From Candidatus Pacearchaeota archaeon (GTDB lineage: Archaea > Nanobdellota > Nanobdellia > Pacearchaeales > GW2011-AR1), in assembly GCA_003693875.1 (NCBI GenBank), contig RFLO01000041.1:1-28470 (forward strand): a DNA stretch of 28,470 nucleotides. Direction: 5' to 3'. The translations under genes were made by a program, and so were the position numbers. Under the pieces are notes generated by a model that was not told where the DNA came from, did no database searches, and saw nothing but the letters and a program-made list of their open reading frames with translations. The stretch's first letter is position 1, and each line of letters begins with the position of its first letter. Of this stretch, positions 16,856 to 24,793 are shown piece by piece.

Positions 16856-16933
16856 AAACTGCCCCACCATCCGGCACACAATGATGAGCAAAGATGAAGT
16901 TAAATATATAAATCACTAAACATAACAAATCAC

Positions 16934-17452
16934 ATGAAAAGGGGGCAGGTTTGGGTTGAAACGGTCATCTATACACTTATTGGTCTTGCGATAATTGGTA
17001 TTGTCTTGGCGCTTGTAAAACCAAAGATAGATGAAAAAAAGGACATAGCAGCAATTGAACAGGCAATAGATTCTCTAAACATCCTTGACTCAAAAATCTT
17101 TGAAATCCAAACAATTCCAGGGAATAAAAGGGTAGTTACATTGAAAATTGGAAAAGGAGATCTCCTAATAGATGCTGAAAACGACGCTATAACATGGGAG
17201 CTGGAGTCAAATACACAATATAGCGAAGTAGGGAGTATAATAAAGATAGGTGACTTAAACGTCTTAACAAAAATAGATGGTAATCTCTGGAAAGTTTACA
17301 TACAGGCAAACTACTCATCAATAAACCTAACATACAATGGAGTTGACAAAACAACCCAGGTCCTAAGCGCTGCAAAAAACCCTTACAAGATTACCCTTGA
17401 AAATGTCGGAAAACAAAATAGAAAAACGGTAATTGACATTGGAGGTTTCTGA
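16934..17452 (+). CDS. Pilin-like protein (KRG|QVWVE), first gene of the pilus assembly operon
   Basis: MKRGQVWVETVIYTLIGLAIIGIVL class III signal with Glu at +5. TATA-like AAATATATAAA at 16902-16912. Confidence 0.85.
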   Translation: MKRGQVWVETVIYTLIGLAIIGIVLALVKPKIDEKKDIAAIEQAIDSLNILDSKIFEIQTIPGNKRVVTLKIGKGDLLIDAENDAITWELESNTQYSEVGSIIKIGDLNVLTKIDGNLWKVYIQANYSSINLTYNGVDKTTQVLSAAKNPYKITLENVGKQNRKTVIDIGGF

Positions 17453-18981
17453 TGGGAGATGTAAAGATTAACCTTAATCCAAAAAAACCACAGCTAACTC
17501 CGCTGTCGGATAAAACAAAGATAAATCTTCGTTACATGGTAATTGAACCATTTGTTTCAATTCACATCCACTGGGAACCAAAATCAGGCGAACTGATCTA
17601 CGAAGTAGAAGAACCCTTAATGGATGAAGAGGATGTAAAAAACCTCGAAAGTATAGAAAATTCTATGAGAGAAATCGTAAGCATCAACATGCTCCAGGAA
17701 AAAAGAACAATAGAAAGCCTCTTAGATTATGTTGAAAAAACCGCAAAACTCATCATATCAGAATTAGGATTAGAGATTGAAGAAGAAAAATTCCCAAAAA
17801 TAATTTACTATCTTTATCGAGACTTCATAGGCTTAAACGAAATAGAACCAATGATGCAGGACTGCTTCATAGAAGACATTGAATGCAACGGCGTAGGGGA
17901 GCCAATTTACATTGTCCACAGAATCTTCAGAAACCTGAAAACAAATGTAAAATTTACTTCAATAGAATCCCTTTCAAGCTTTGTTGAAAAAATGGCTCAA
18001 AAGGCAGGACGCTATATTTCCTATGCAAGTCCAATTCTCGATGGCAGTCTGCCAGATGGCTCGCGTGTAAACGCAACATATACAAAAGATATAACTTCTA
18101 AGGGCCCAACATTCACAATAAGAAAATTTACAAAAACACCTTGGACACCTACGCAATTGCTCGGTTTCCGCGAACTCTCCCCGGAAATGCTTGCTTATTT
18201 CTGGATTCTCTTGGAATATCAGTCCAACATAATGATTATCGGTGGGACAGCTTCTGGAAAAACCACGCTCTTAAACGCAATTGCTTTCTTCATACCTCCT
18301 GAAAAAAGAGTAGTTTCAATTGAAGACACAAGAGAACTAAACTTGCCAAGAGAAAACTGGCTACCCTCCGTAGTTCGCACAGGGCTAACATCTACGGGCG
18401 TTGGTGAAGTAGACATGTTTAGCTTGCTCCGCGGTTCATTCCGCCAAAATCCAGACTATGTAATCGTTGGAGAAGTTAGAGGAAAAGAAGCCTCTGTTCT
18501 CTTCCAGGGAATGGCATCCGGGCACGCATCAATTTCAACTATGCACGCAGATTCTGTTGAAGCTGTAATAAGAAGACTCGAAACGCCTCCAATAAATTTA
18601 AGCCCGATGCTCGTAAATAGTCTCGACGCTGTTGCAATAATGGCTCACGCAATAGTCAAAGGACATGAAACAAGACGCTTAAGGGAAATATCTGAAGTAG
18701 TCCAAATACTGCCCGACGGGACAGCGACAACAAACACTCCTTTTATCTGGGACCCTGCAACAGACACGTTCAGATTTCAGGCAAAAAGCGCTGTTTTCAC
18801 AAAAATCTCAAGAAAATATGGGATTAATCTGAGAAGTCTTGAAGACGAATTCCAAAAAAGAGCAAAATACCTGAGAGCTCTCTTCAGATACAAGATACTA
18901 AGTTACGAGACAGTCCAAAAATACATAAATGCCTACCAAAAAAATCCCGTTGGCATGCTTAAAAAATTCGGCATATACTAA
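17452..18981 (+). CDS. Type IV pilus/T2SS assembly ATPase (VirB11/TadA/FlaI family)
   Basis: IEDIECNG, LPDGSRV, GPTFTIRKF, Walker A GGTASGKTT, SIEDTREL, Walker B VIVGEVRG, STMHA. Confidence 0.96.
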   Translation: MGDVKINLNPKKPQLTPLSDKTKINLRYMVIEPFVSIHIHWEPKSGELIYEVEEPLMDEEDVKNLESIENSMREIVSINMLQEKRTIESLLDYVEKTAKLIISELGLEIEEEKFPKIIYYLYRDFIGLNEIEPMMQDCFIEDIECNGVGEPIYIVHRIFRNLKTNVKFTSIESLSSFVEKMAQKAGRYISYASPILDGSLPDGSRVNATYTKDITSKGPTFTIRKFTKTPWTPTQLLGFRELSPEMLAYFWILLEYQSNIMIIGGTASGKTTLLNAIAFFIPPEKRVVSIEDTRELNLPRENWLPSVVRTGLTSTGVGEVDMFSLLRGSFRQNPDYVIVGEVRGKEASVLFQGMASGHASISTMHADSVEAVIRRLETPPINLSPMLVNSLDAVAIMAHAIVKGHETRRLREISEVVQILPDGTATTNTPFIWDPATDTFRFQAKSAVFTKISRKYGINLRSLEDEFQKRAKYLRALFRYKILSYETVQKYINAYQKNPVGMLKKFGIY

Positions 18982-20348
18982 TGGCGAATCTTCATATAGG
19001 ATTCCCTTATCCTTTCCCTTTCAGCTTCTACAAGGCGCTCAACCTCTTCGTAATCTGAACCAACAGCAATAATTCTTGCAAGATCATGCGGCACATCAAA
19101 GCCTGGAAGAAAAGTTCCCCTTTCTGGAAAATTCAAAACAGAACTACGGGCTCCTCTGCCATCAAAAATAGACCTATCATCGTAGATGGGGTCAATATCT
19201 TTTGTAATCTTGGCCCTTCCATAGGTCTTAAAAATCCTCATAGCCCAACAGATATTCTTATCAGGCTCCCATAAATCCTCCTCGCCAATCTCCATGCCAA
19301 GACTAGCATAAAGCTCCATTTCAGAAATTGAGAGTCTATTAGATGGTCTGTTAGCCTCAAGACTTGCAACAAGAATTGATGTTGACCGATTTTTTCGTGC
19401 ATTAATCTCACTAAAAAGAACCCTTCCGTCCTCTGTTACAATCCAATCAAAGCCACAAAAACCAACATAGCCCTCCTTTCGCATAACCTCTGCAAGTTTA
19501 ATGCTTGCCTTTCTTATCTCCTCCTTTGAACGAGAATCAATTCTTGAAGGAAAAATATTTCCAAAATAATTGACATCTCTTACAATTATCTGGTCACTAA
19601 GTCCGAGATAATAAACTCTATCCCTTGAAATCAACACCTGTGAATTGGGTGAAGCAATTTTTCTTTCCCAAGCAGTCATCAAAAAAGGAGGTGAAGCTTC
19701 AAAATCGGAAATCTCCTCGAGATTCCTAAGATGTTTGGCAGACCTCCCACCGGCACCGCGAACAGCAGTCATAAACACCCCGTCTTCCGAATTAGAAAAA
19801 ACATTCCTAAAATTATCCATTGCCTCTTCAAAGGAATTCGCAACAACTCCGTAAGGCACACCAATCCCAAGTTCCCTTGCCAAATTATATGAAAAAATCT
19901 TGTTTGAATACTTTCGTGCAAGATTCCCATCTGCCCCAAGAACAAAAAACCCGAGTTCGCGAAGCTTCTCTATCGTAGGAGTCGTAGAATAGGAATTAAA
20001 AACTATCTTCCTGCCGTCACGAATGTCTTCAAGCTTACGGCTAACCTCCCGTTTAAAACTTTCCGCAGAATCTTTCCATTTAAAGTCTATCTTTTCTCCA
20101 CGCAACGGACAATCACCCCCTGACTCAACAACCAACCGATGCAAACAGCCTTCGCTTAAGGGAAGACTCATACGGCTCCGAGTAAAACCACCATAAGCAA
20201 CCTCAACCCTTTTAAGAGACCTATCTGCATAATTCCCCCCATTAACTGTAACAATTAAATCTGGAAAGCCAATGTCGCAGGTAAGGCTGCCTATATGGGT
20301 TGGATCCTTTCCCATCGCAATAAGGCAGTATTCACTTTCAAGGGACAT
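18978..20348 (-). CDS. ATP-grasp ligase, PGM1/pre-ATP-grasp peptide-ligase-like
   Basis: NKIFSYNLARELGIGVP, GAGGRS loop, SPNSQ...DQ...YFGNIFPS, GYVGFCGFD, EINAR. Confidence 0.8.
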   Translation of the reverse strand: MSLESEYCLIAMGKDPTHIGSLTCDIGFPDLIVTVNGGNYADRSLKRVEVAYGGFTRSRMSLPLSEGCLHRLVVESGGDCPLRGEKIDFKWKDSAESFKREVSRKLEDIRDGRKIVFNSYSTTPTIEKLRELGFFVLGADGNLARKYSNKIFSYNLARELGIGVPYGVVANSFEEAMDNFRNVFSNSEDGVFMTAVRGAGGRSAKHLRNLEEISDFEASPPFLMTAWERKIASPNSQVLISRDRVYYLGLSDQIIVRDVNYFGNIFPSRIDSRSKEEIRKASIKLAEVMRKEGYVGFCGFDWIVTEDGRVLFSEINARKNRSTSILVASLEANRPSNRLSISEMELYASLGMEIGEEDLWEPDKNICWAMRIFKTYGRAKITKDIDPIYDDRSIFDGRGARSSVLNFPERGTFLPGFDVPHDLARIIAVGSDYEEVERLVEAERERIRESYMKIRH

Positions 20349-20360
20349 CGCAGTAAAAAG

Positions 20361-20378
20361 ATTTTTAAACTTAAAAAT
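20361..20378. promoter_or_regulatory. Compact bidirectional promoter / inverted repeat ATTTTTAA-AC-TTAAAAAT
   Basis: Plus-strand TTTTTAAA (20362-20369) and minus-strand TTTTTAAG (20377-20370) each end 22 nt before ATG 20391 and 20348. Confidence 0.7.
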
Positions 20379-20390
20379 TTTTCCGAAAAA

Positions 20391-21386
20391 ATGAAAGCAG
20401 ACCTCCCATACTACTGGTGTCGCGATAGCATAGACCGCAACATAATTCTAAACGAAGCAGCAAGAAGGGGAATAGAAATAGAACCATTTCCACAAAGCCA
20501 AGGATACTTTCTATTAACATTTAAGGGCCACAAAGAAATTCTGGGTTATTTAAACACAAGTTCTCTTGGATGGCTCGCAGGCAGAATTTCAAAAAATAAA
20601 AGACATACAAAATGGCTTTTAAGAAAAGAGGGGGTAAAAACCCCAATAGGGGACGCATTCAAGAAGGGAGAAGAGGGCAAAATATCCGATTGGGTAGCTG
20701 AAAAAAAAGTTATAGTAAAACCAAACAAAGGGGCTTGCGGAAAAAATGTTTATCTATGTAAAGATGCCTACGAAGCCATTCAGGCAGCAAAAGAAATCTG
20801 GAACTCCGGAAGTCCAGCGGCATTGGTAGAGGAGTTTTTTCCTGGAAAAGAGTACCGAGTTTTTGCAACAAGGGAAGGCTTTGTTGCTGTATGCAACCGC
20901 GTTCCCGCAAATGTCATCGGAGATGGTCGCTCAACAATAGAAGATTTGGTAGAAGAAAAAAACAAGGATAGGGGCCCTCCTGAGGAGCATTATGTTTGGC
21001 TTCCAATAAAAATTGATAATGTTGTAATTGAATTTTTAGAATCTCGGGGAAAAAACTTGAAATATGTTCCAAAAGAAGGGGAACAGGTTTTCCTGCGGGC
21101 AAACAGCAATTTATCAACCGGCGGAGACTCAATCACAATACCGCGAGAATCTCTCGATAAAAAAGTAGAAGATATCGCAATGAGATGTCTTTTTGCAGTG
21201 CCGGGAATGGCATACGCTGGAATTGACCTTATCTGCGAAGACATAAGAGGCTTTGACGACTACCGAGTAATTGAGATAAATAAATCTCCGGGAATGACTA
21301 ACCACCATTACCCAAATTTCGGAGAGCCTCAAAATGCCGCAGGCGCCCTCATCGACCAAATCTTTCCAGAAACAAGAGGATTGTAG
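20391..21386 (+). CDS. Stand-alone ATP-grasp ligase, cyanophycin synthetase N-domain / GshF(GshAB) C-domain-like
   Basis: EAARRGI, VIVKPNKGACGKNV, LVEEFFPGKEYR, RVPANVIGDGRSTIEDL, NSNLSTGG, AGIDLI, IEINKSPG. The true start is probably Met33 of the track ORF. Confidence 0.88.
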   Translation: MKADLPYYWCRDSIDRNIILNEAARRGIEIEPFPQSQGYFLLTFKGHKEILGYLNTSSLGWLAGRISKNKRHTKWLLRKEGVKTPIGDAFKKGEEGKISDWVAEKKVIVKPNKGACGKNVYLCKDAYEAIQAAKEIWNSGSPAALVEEFFPGKEYRVFATREGFVAVCNRVPANVIGDGRSTIEDLVEEKNKDRGPPEEHYVWLPIKIDNVVIEFLESRGKNLKYVPKEGEQVFLRANSNLSTGGDSITIPRESLDKKVEDIAMRCLFAVPGMAYAGIDLICEDIRGFDDYRVIEINKSPGMTNHHYPNFGEPQNAAGALIDQIFPETRGL

Positions 21387-21398
21387 ATTTAAATCCTC
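21376..21398 (+). terminator. Inverted repeat spanning the ATP-grasp stop codon (possible terminator hairpin)
   Basis: GAGGATT-(9 nt)-AATCCTC. Confidence 0.25.
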
Positions 21399-21431
21399 AA
21401 CATTAATAAATGCCACTCACCTCTTTTTTTA

Positions 21432-21593
21432 ATGGTTGACCTGCTATTTGTTGAACATCTGATAGACTCAATGTATTCTGCAACAATAAAACTTGAAAAG
21501 GCAATCAAGGAAAACCGGCCAGAAGAGATAAGCAAGTTAAGAACAATGATATTTCACCTCCAACAAAACCTTGACAAGGTTACAAAAATCTAA
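21432..21593 (+). CDS. 53-aa amphipathic helical protein upstream of the platform genes (MVDLLFVEHLIDSMYSATIKLEKAIKENRPEEISKLRTMIFHLQQNLDKVTKI)
   Basis: Open frame from ATG 21432 to TAA 21593, 2 nt before the next ATG. TTAATAAA at 21403-21410 ends 22 nt upstream. Helical-hairpin pattern. Not in ORF track. Confidence 0.75.
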   Translation: MVDLLFVEHLIDSMYSATIKLEKAIKENRPEEISKLRTMIFHLQQNLDKVTKI

Positions 21594-21595
21594 AA

Positions 21596-22819
21596 ATGCT
21601 TGAAAATATAAAGGAAAATTTAAGGCAGGAAAAATTGCTAATTGAGAAAGCAAGAGTTCTAAGAAAGGCTATGCTTCAAAATCCTGAAAAAAAACAAATT
21701 TACAAAAAAAGCATCATAGCAATCCTCAACCAGATAAACCTCCTAAACAGAGCCTTGCCAGAATTGTTAAAAGAAACCTCCCCCTTAAAAACAATACAAA
21801 GAAAAAATCCAGTTCAGATAACTCACAAAACACCTGAGAAAAAAAGAGTTATCACAATAAATCGCGAAGATAAAAAGCGGTATCTCGAAGAGCTTCGGTT
21901 ATCAGAAGAAGGGCTGGCAGCCATAAGAAAGTCGCATCAGGAAGAAAAAATTGTCCAGACAAAACCAAATGAATTTGCAAGACTCTCCAATAAGGTTTTT
22001 AGACGATACTCAGAAAAGTTAGCGCCAAAGATGAAAAATCTGGCAGAGGACCTAAAACGCGGAAATGTTCCATTTCTTCTCTCAACCTATATTTCAATGG
22101 CGATAATGTCAACACTTATAAGCTTCATCACAGGAGCATTAATCTTCGTAACACTTGTCATAGCCGACCCATCAAAAGTAATTCTCTTCTGGATTCCAAT
22201 TGTCTTGCCACTCATAACCCTCTTTTTGTTCTACATCTATCCAGCAAGCGAAGCCTCTTCGTCTAAAAAAAGAATCTCTCAAGAACTTCCTTTCGTTGCA
22301 ATACATATGGCCGCTATCGCCGGTTCGGATATAGAACCATCAAAAATATTTAGAATCATTGCCGAATCAAAGGAGTACCCCAGCATAGGAGCAGAACTAA
22401 AAAAAGTCCTTTCACAAGTAGAAATATACGGTTATGATCTTGTAACATCCCTTAAAAATGTGGCAAGGCTCACATCAAACGAAAAATTAGCAGAGCTTTT
22501 TAATGGACTTGCAACAAATATCAGCACAGGAGGGGAACTAAAAGATTACCTCGAAAAAAAGGCTGAAACCTTTCTTATGGACTACAAACTCGAAAGAAAA
22601 AGATACACCGACCTTGCAGGAACTTTTATGGATATCTACATCTCCATCTTAATCGCAGCACCACTAATCCTGATGATGGTCTTCATAGTTATGAATATAT
22701 CTGGCTTAACCATTGCTGGCCTTGGAATAAACACGCTACTTGCAATAAGCATCGCTGCAATAGTCCTTGTAAATGTCATATTCCTCGTCATCCTCTCAAT
22801 AAAACAACCAAAGATATAA
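21596..22819 (+). CDS. Type IV pilus platform protein (TadC/FlaJ, T2SSF family) with about 150-aa soluble N-terminal extension
   Basis: ISQELPFVAIHMAAIAGS, YGYDLVTSLKNVA...LAELFNGL...TGGELKDYL, plus TM helices. Confidence 0.9.
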   Translation: MLENIKENLRQEKLLIEKARVLRKAMLQNPEKKQIYKKSIIAILNQINLLNRALPELLKETSPLKTIQRKNPVQITHKTPEKKRVITINREDKKRYLEELRLSEEGLAAIRKSHQEEKIVQTKPNEFARLSNKVFRRYSEKLAPKMKNLAEDLKRGNVPFLLSTYISMAIMSTLISFITGALIFVTLVIADPSKVILFWIPIVLPLITLFLFYIYPASEASSSKKRISQELPFVAIHMAAIAGSDIEPSKIFRIIAESKEYPSIGAELKKVLSQVEIYGYDLVTSLKNVARLTSNEKLAELFNGLATNISTGGELKDYLEKKAETFLMDYKLERKRYTDLAGTFMDIYISILIAAPLILMMVFIVMNISGLTIAGLGINTLLAISIAAIVLVNVIFLVILSIKQPKI

Positions 22820-23643
22820 TGGCAAAACTAAGATACTTGGCAGGAATTCTGATTCTCCTTGCAGCAGTCGCTGTAGAATTTTTCACAATAAGTCAGAAGA
22901 ATACAAGAACTTTTATCATTGTGATAACCATCATTCTTTCTTCTCTGCCCTTCATAATTTCAATTATCATTTCTCAAAAACGGCAAACGGAAAAAGAAGA
23001 AAGATTCCTTGAATTCTCGCGTGACCTTGTGGAAAGCACAAAATCCGGAACCCCTATTGTCAAAGCAATACTAAATGTTCAAAAAAAGGACTACGGCACC
23101 CTAACGCCCCACATACAAAAACTTGCAAGCCAGCTAACTCTTGGAATAACACTAAACGATGCACTCCAAACCCTTGCAAGGGAATCAGGAAGCCGAGTTA
23201 TAGCAAGAGCCGTAGCCCTTATATCCGAAGCTGAAAGAGCCGGGGGAAAAATTGAAACCATCCTTGAGTCAGTCGCAAATTCCGTAAATCAAATAGAATC
23301 CCTAAAAAAAGAAAGAAAATCTTCTATCGCAAACCTGATAACTCAAGGTTACATCATCTTCATTGTTTTCATAATAATCATGTTAATCCTTGAATTCAAA
23401 ATTCTACCGCTTGTATCCGATGTAACCGCTCCGTCAGACAACATCAAAATAAAAGCGCGCCCACTCGCACCACAGGATTTTTCAAAGCCGCTTTTCATAA
23501 TGCTAATTATTCAATCACTGTTCGCAGGAATTGTAATCGGCAAAATATCCGAAGGCTCCATTAAATACGGAATAAAGCATTCTTTTATCCTATTGTCCCT
23601 AACTCTCCTTGTCAAAACAGGGGCAAATGCCTTCTTCGGATAA
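22819..23643 (+). CDS. Second TadC/T2SSF platform protein
   Basis: FLEFSRDLVESTKSGTPI, DYGTLTP, LISEAERAGGKI, AGIVIGKISEG. TAATG coupling. Confidence 0.9.
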   Translation: MAKLRYLAGILILLAAVAVEFFTISQKNTRTFIIVITIILSSLPFIISIIISQKRQTEKEERFLEFSRDLVESTKSGTPIVKAILNVQKKDYGTLTPHIQKLASQLTLGITLNDALQTLARESGSRVIARAVALISEAERAGGKIETILESVANSVNQIESLKKERKSSIANLITQGYIIFIVFIIIMLILEFKILPLVSDVTAPSDNIKIKARPLAPQDFSKPLFIMLIIQSLFAGIVIGKISEGSIKYGIKHSFILLSLTLLVKTGANAFFG

Positions 23644-23681
23644 TCAAGAAAACTTATAAACAAATTAATCCTAAAACCCAT

Positions 23682-24380
23682 ATGAAAAAGGGGTCATCTC
23701 ATATTGAAATTGTAATGGCTTTCATATTTTTCATAGCTTTCGTCGCTTTCACTTTCTCAATTGTTCGCCCCTACAATCCAAAACAGATGACTGGTTCAGC
23801 TCTTCTAACCCTTGAAAAATCTCTAATCAAAAAAACAGAAGTAAACCTCTCTTCATACTTCTTAAAGTCAACATTATCTGATCCGAGAAGACAATGCTCA
23901 ATAACACCAATACCCGAGACAATAAAGATAAATAAGGAATCTAATTCATTCACAACAACCTATCCAAATGAAGCCCATATTGATTCAAAAATTAGTGGTA
24001 GAAAACTCTTTGTAAAAAAGAGCAAAAAGAGCAATTACTACAACGTAAGAATATCCGAAGAATTTGCCCCTCAAAAACCCGCCGCGTGCATAAATGCTGA
24101 CTCTTATTATATAGGGGGCATAAATGAAAAAAAAGTCGCATCAAACAAATCCCTCTCGGAATTAACCAACAAATACCGCACCAAATATGAAAAATTAAAA
24201 GAAGAATTGGGCATACCTCAGAAATACGATTTCTCAATAATCTCGCCAGACATGCCGCAGTTCAATATGAAAAAGTCGCCCCCGCAGACAGCCGAAGTTT
24301 ATTCAAAAACAATTGTTTTAGAAATCTTAAATGAAAAAGGGGAAATAAAAAACGCAAGGTTCCAGCTAAGAGTATGGTAG
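23682..24380 (+). CDS. Minor pilin-like protein (KKG|SSHIE)
   Basis: Class III signal with Glu at +5 and a hydrophobic helix. TTATAAA at 23654-23660. Confidence 0.75.
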   Translation: MKKGSSHIEIVMAFIFFIAFVAFTFSIVRPYNPKQMTGSALLTLEKSLIKKTEVNLSSYFLKSTLSDPRRQCSITPIPETIKINKESNSFTTTYPNEAHIDSKISGRKLFVKKSKKSNYYNVRISEEFAPQKPAACINADSYYIGGINEKKVASNKSLSELTNKYRTKYEKLKEELGIPQKYDFSIISPDMPQFNMKKSPPQTAEVYSKTIVLEILNEKGEIKNARFQLRVW

Positions 24381-24793
24381 GCAAAAGAGGATGGCTAAGG
24401 ATAATGGAAGCAACAATTGCGATAATGATAATAACCGGAGTCCTCCTGATAGCCCACATAAACAAACCAAATCAACCAAACAAAGCAACAGAGTTTATCC
24501 TTCAAACAGAAAGAAAGATTCTAAAAGACATAAGAACAAATTCTACCCTTCGCAAATACTCCCTTGATAAAAATGAAAAAAAACTTAAAGATTACGCAGA
24601 AAAAATAATGCCAGGCTCTACAGCAGTTGAGGTGCGTATTTGCGAAGCTGACAGGCCGTGCAAACCAAAAAACAAAGCCTTCATAATAGGAAGCAGGGAA
24701 CGTGAAGTAATTGCTGAAGAAACCTTAATTTCGTCAAACCTTACCCTCTTTGCTCCAAAAAAAGTCAAAATTTTTGCATACCAGAGAAGATAA
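24374..24793 (+). CDS. Minor pilin-like protein (KRG|WLRIME)
   Basis: MVGKRGWLRIMEATIAIMIITGVLL class III-like signal; C-x6-C pair in the head domain. Confidence 0.72.
   Translation: MVGKRGWLRIMEATIAIMIITGVLLIAHINKPNQPNKATEFILQTERKILKDIRTNSTLRKYSLDKNEKKLKDYAEKIMPGSTAVEVRICEADRPCKPKNKAFIIGSREREVIAEETLISSNLTLFAPKKVKIFAYQRR

Larger units (their letters stand above)
18979..21435. other. Putative inserted cassette of two divergent ATP-grasp genes flanked by TAATGG direct repeats
   Basis: TAATGG at 18979-18984 (contains the ATPase stop) and at 21430-21435 (contains the ATG of the next pilus-operon gene). No transposase or integrase inside. Confidence 0.55.

Noticed and set aside
20295-20390. N-terminal extension of the plus-strand ATP-grasp ORF
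   Set aside because: It overlaps the divergent gene start and the bidirectional promoter. ATG 20391 fits the 22-nt TATA spacing.
20391-21386. Calling the gene cphA or gshF
   Set aside because: Only the ATP-grasp domain is present, with no Mur-ligase or glutamate-cysteine ligase domain, so the product cannot be inferred.
18979-21435. Active transposon or IS element
   Set aside because: No transposase or recombinase and no terminal inverted repeats. Kept only as a putative ancient insertion.
15153-23643. Archaellum (flagellum) operon
   Set aside because: No FlaH/KaiC-like, FlaF/G or chemotaxis genes, and the pilins lack archaellin-type extended N-terminal conservation. The layout fits a type IV pilus.
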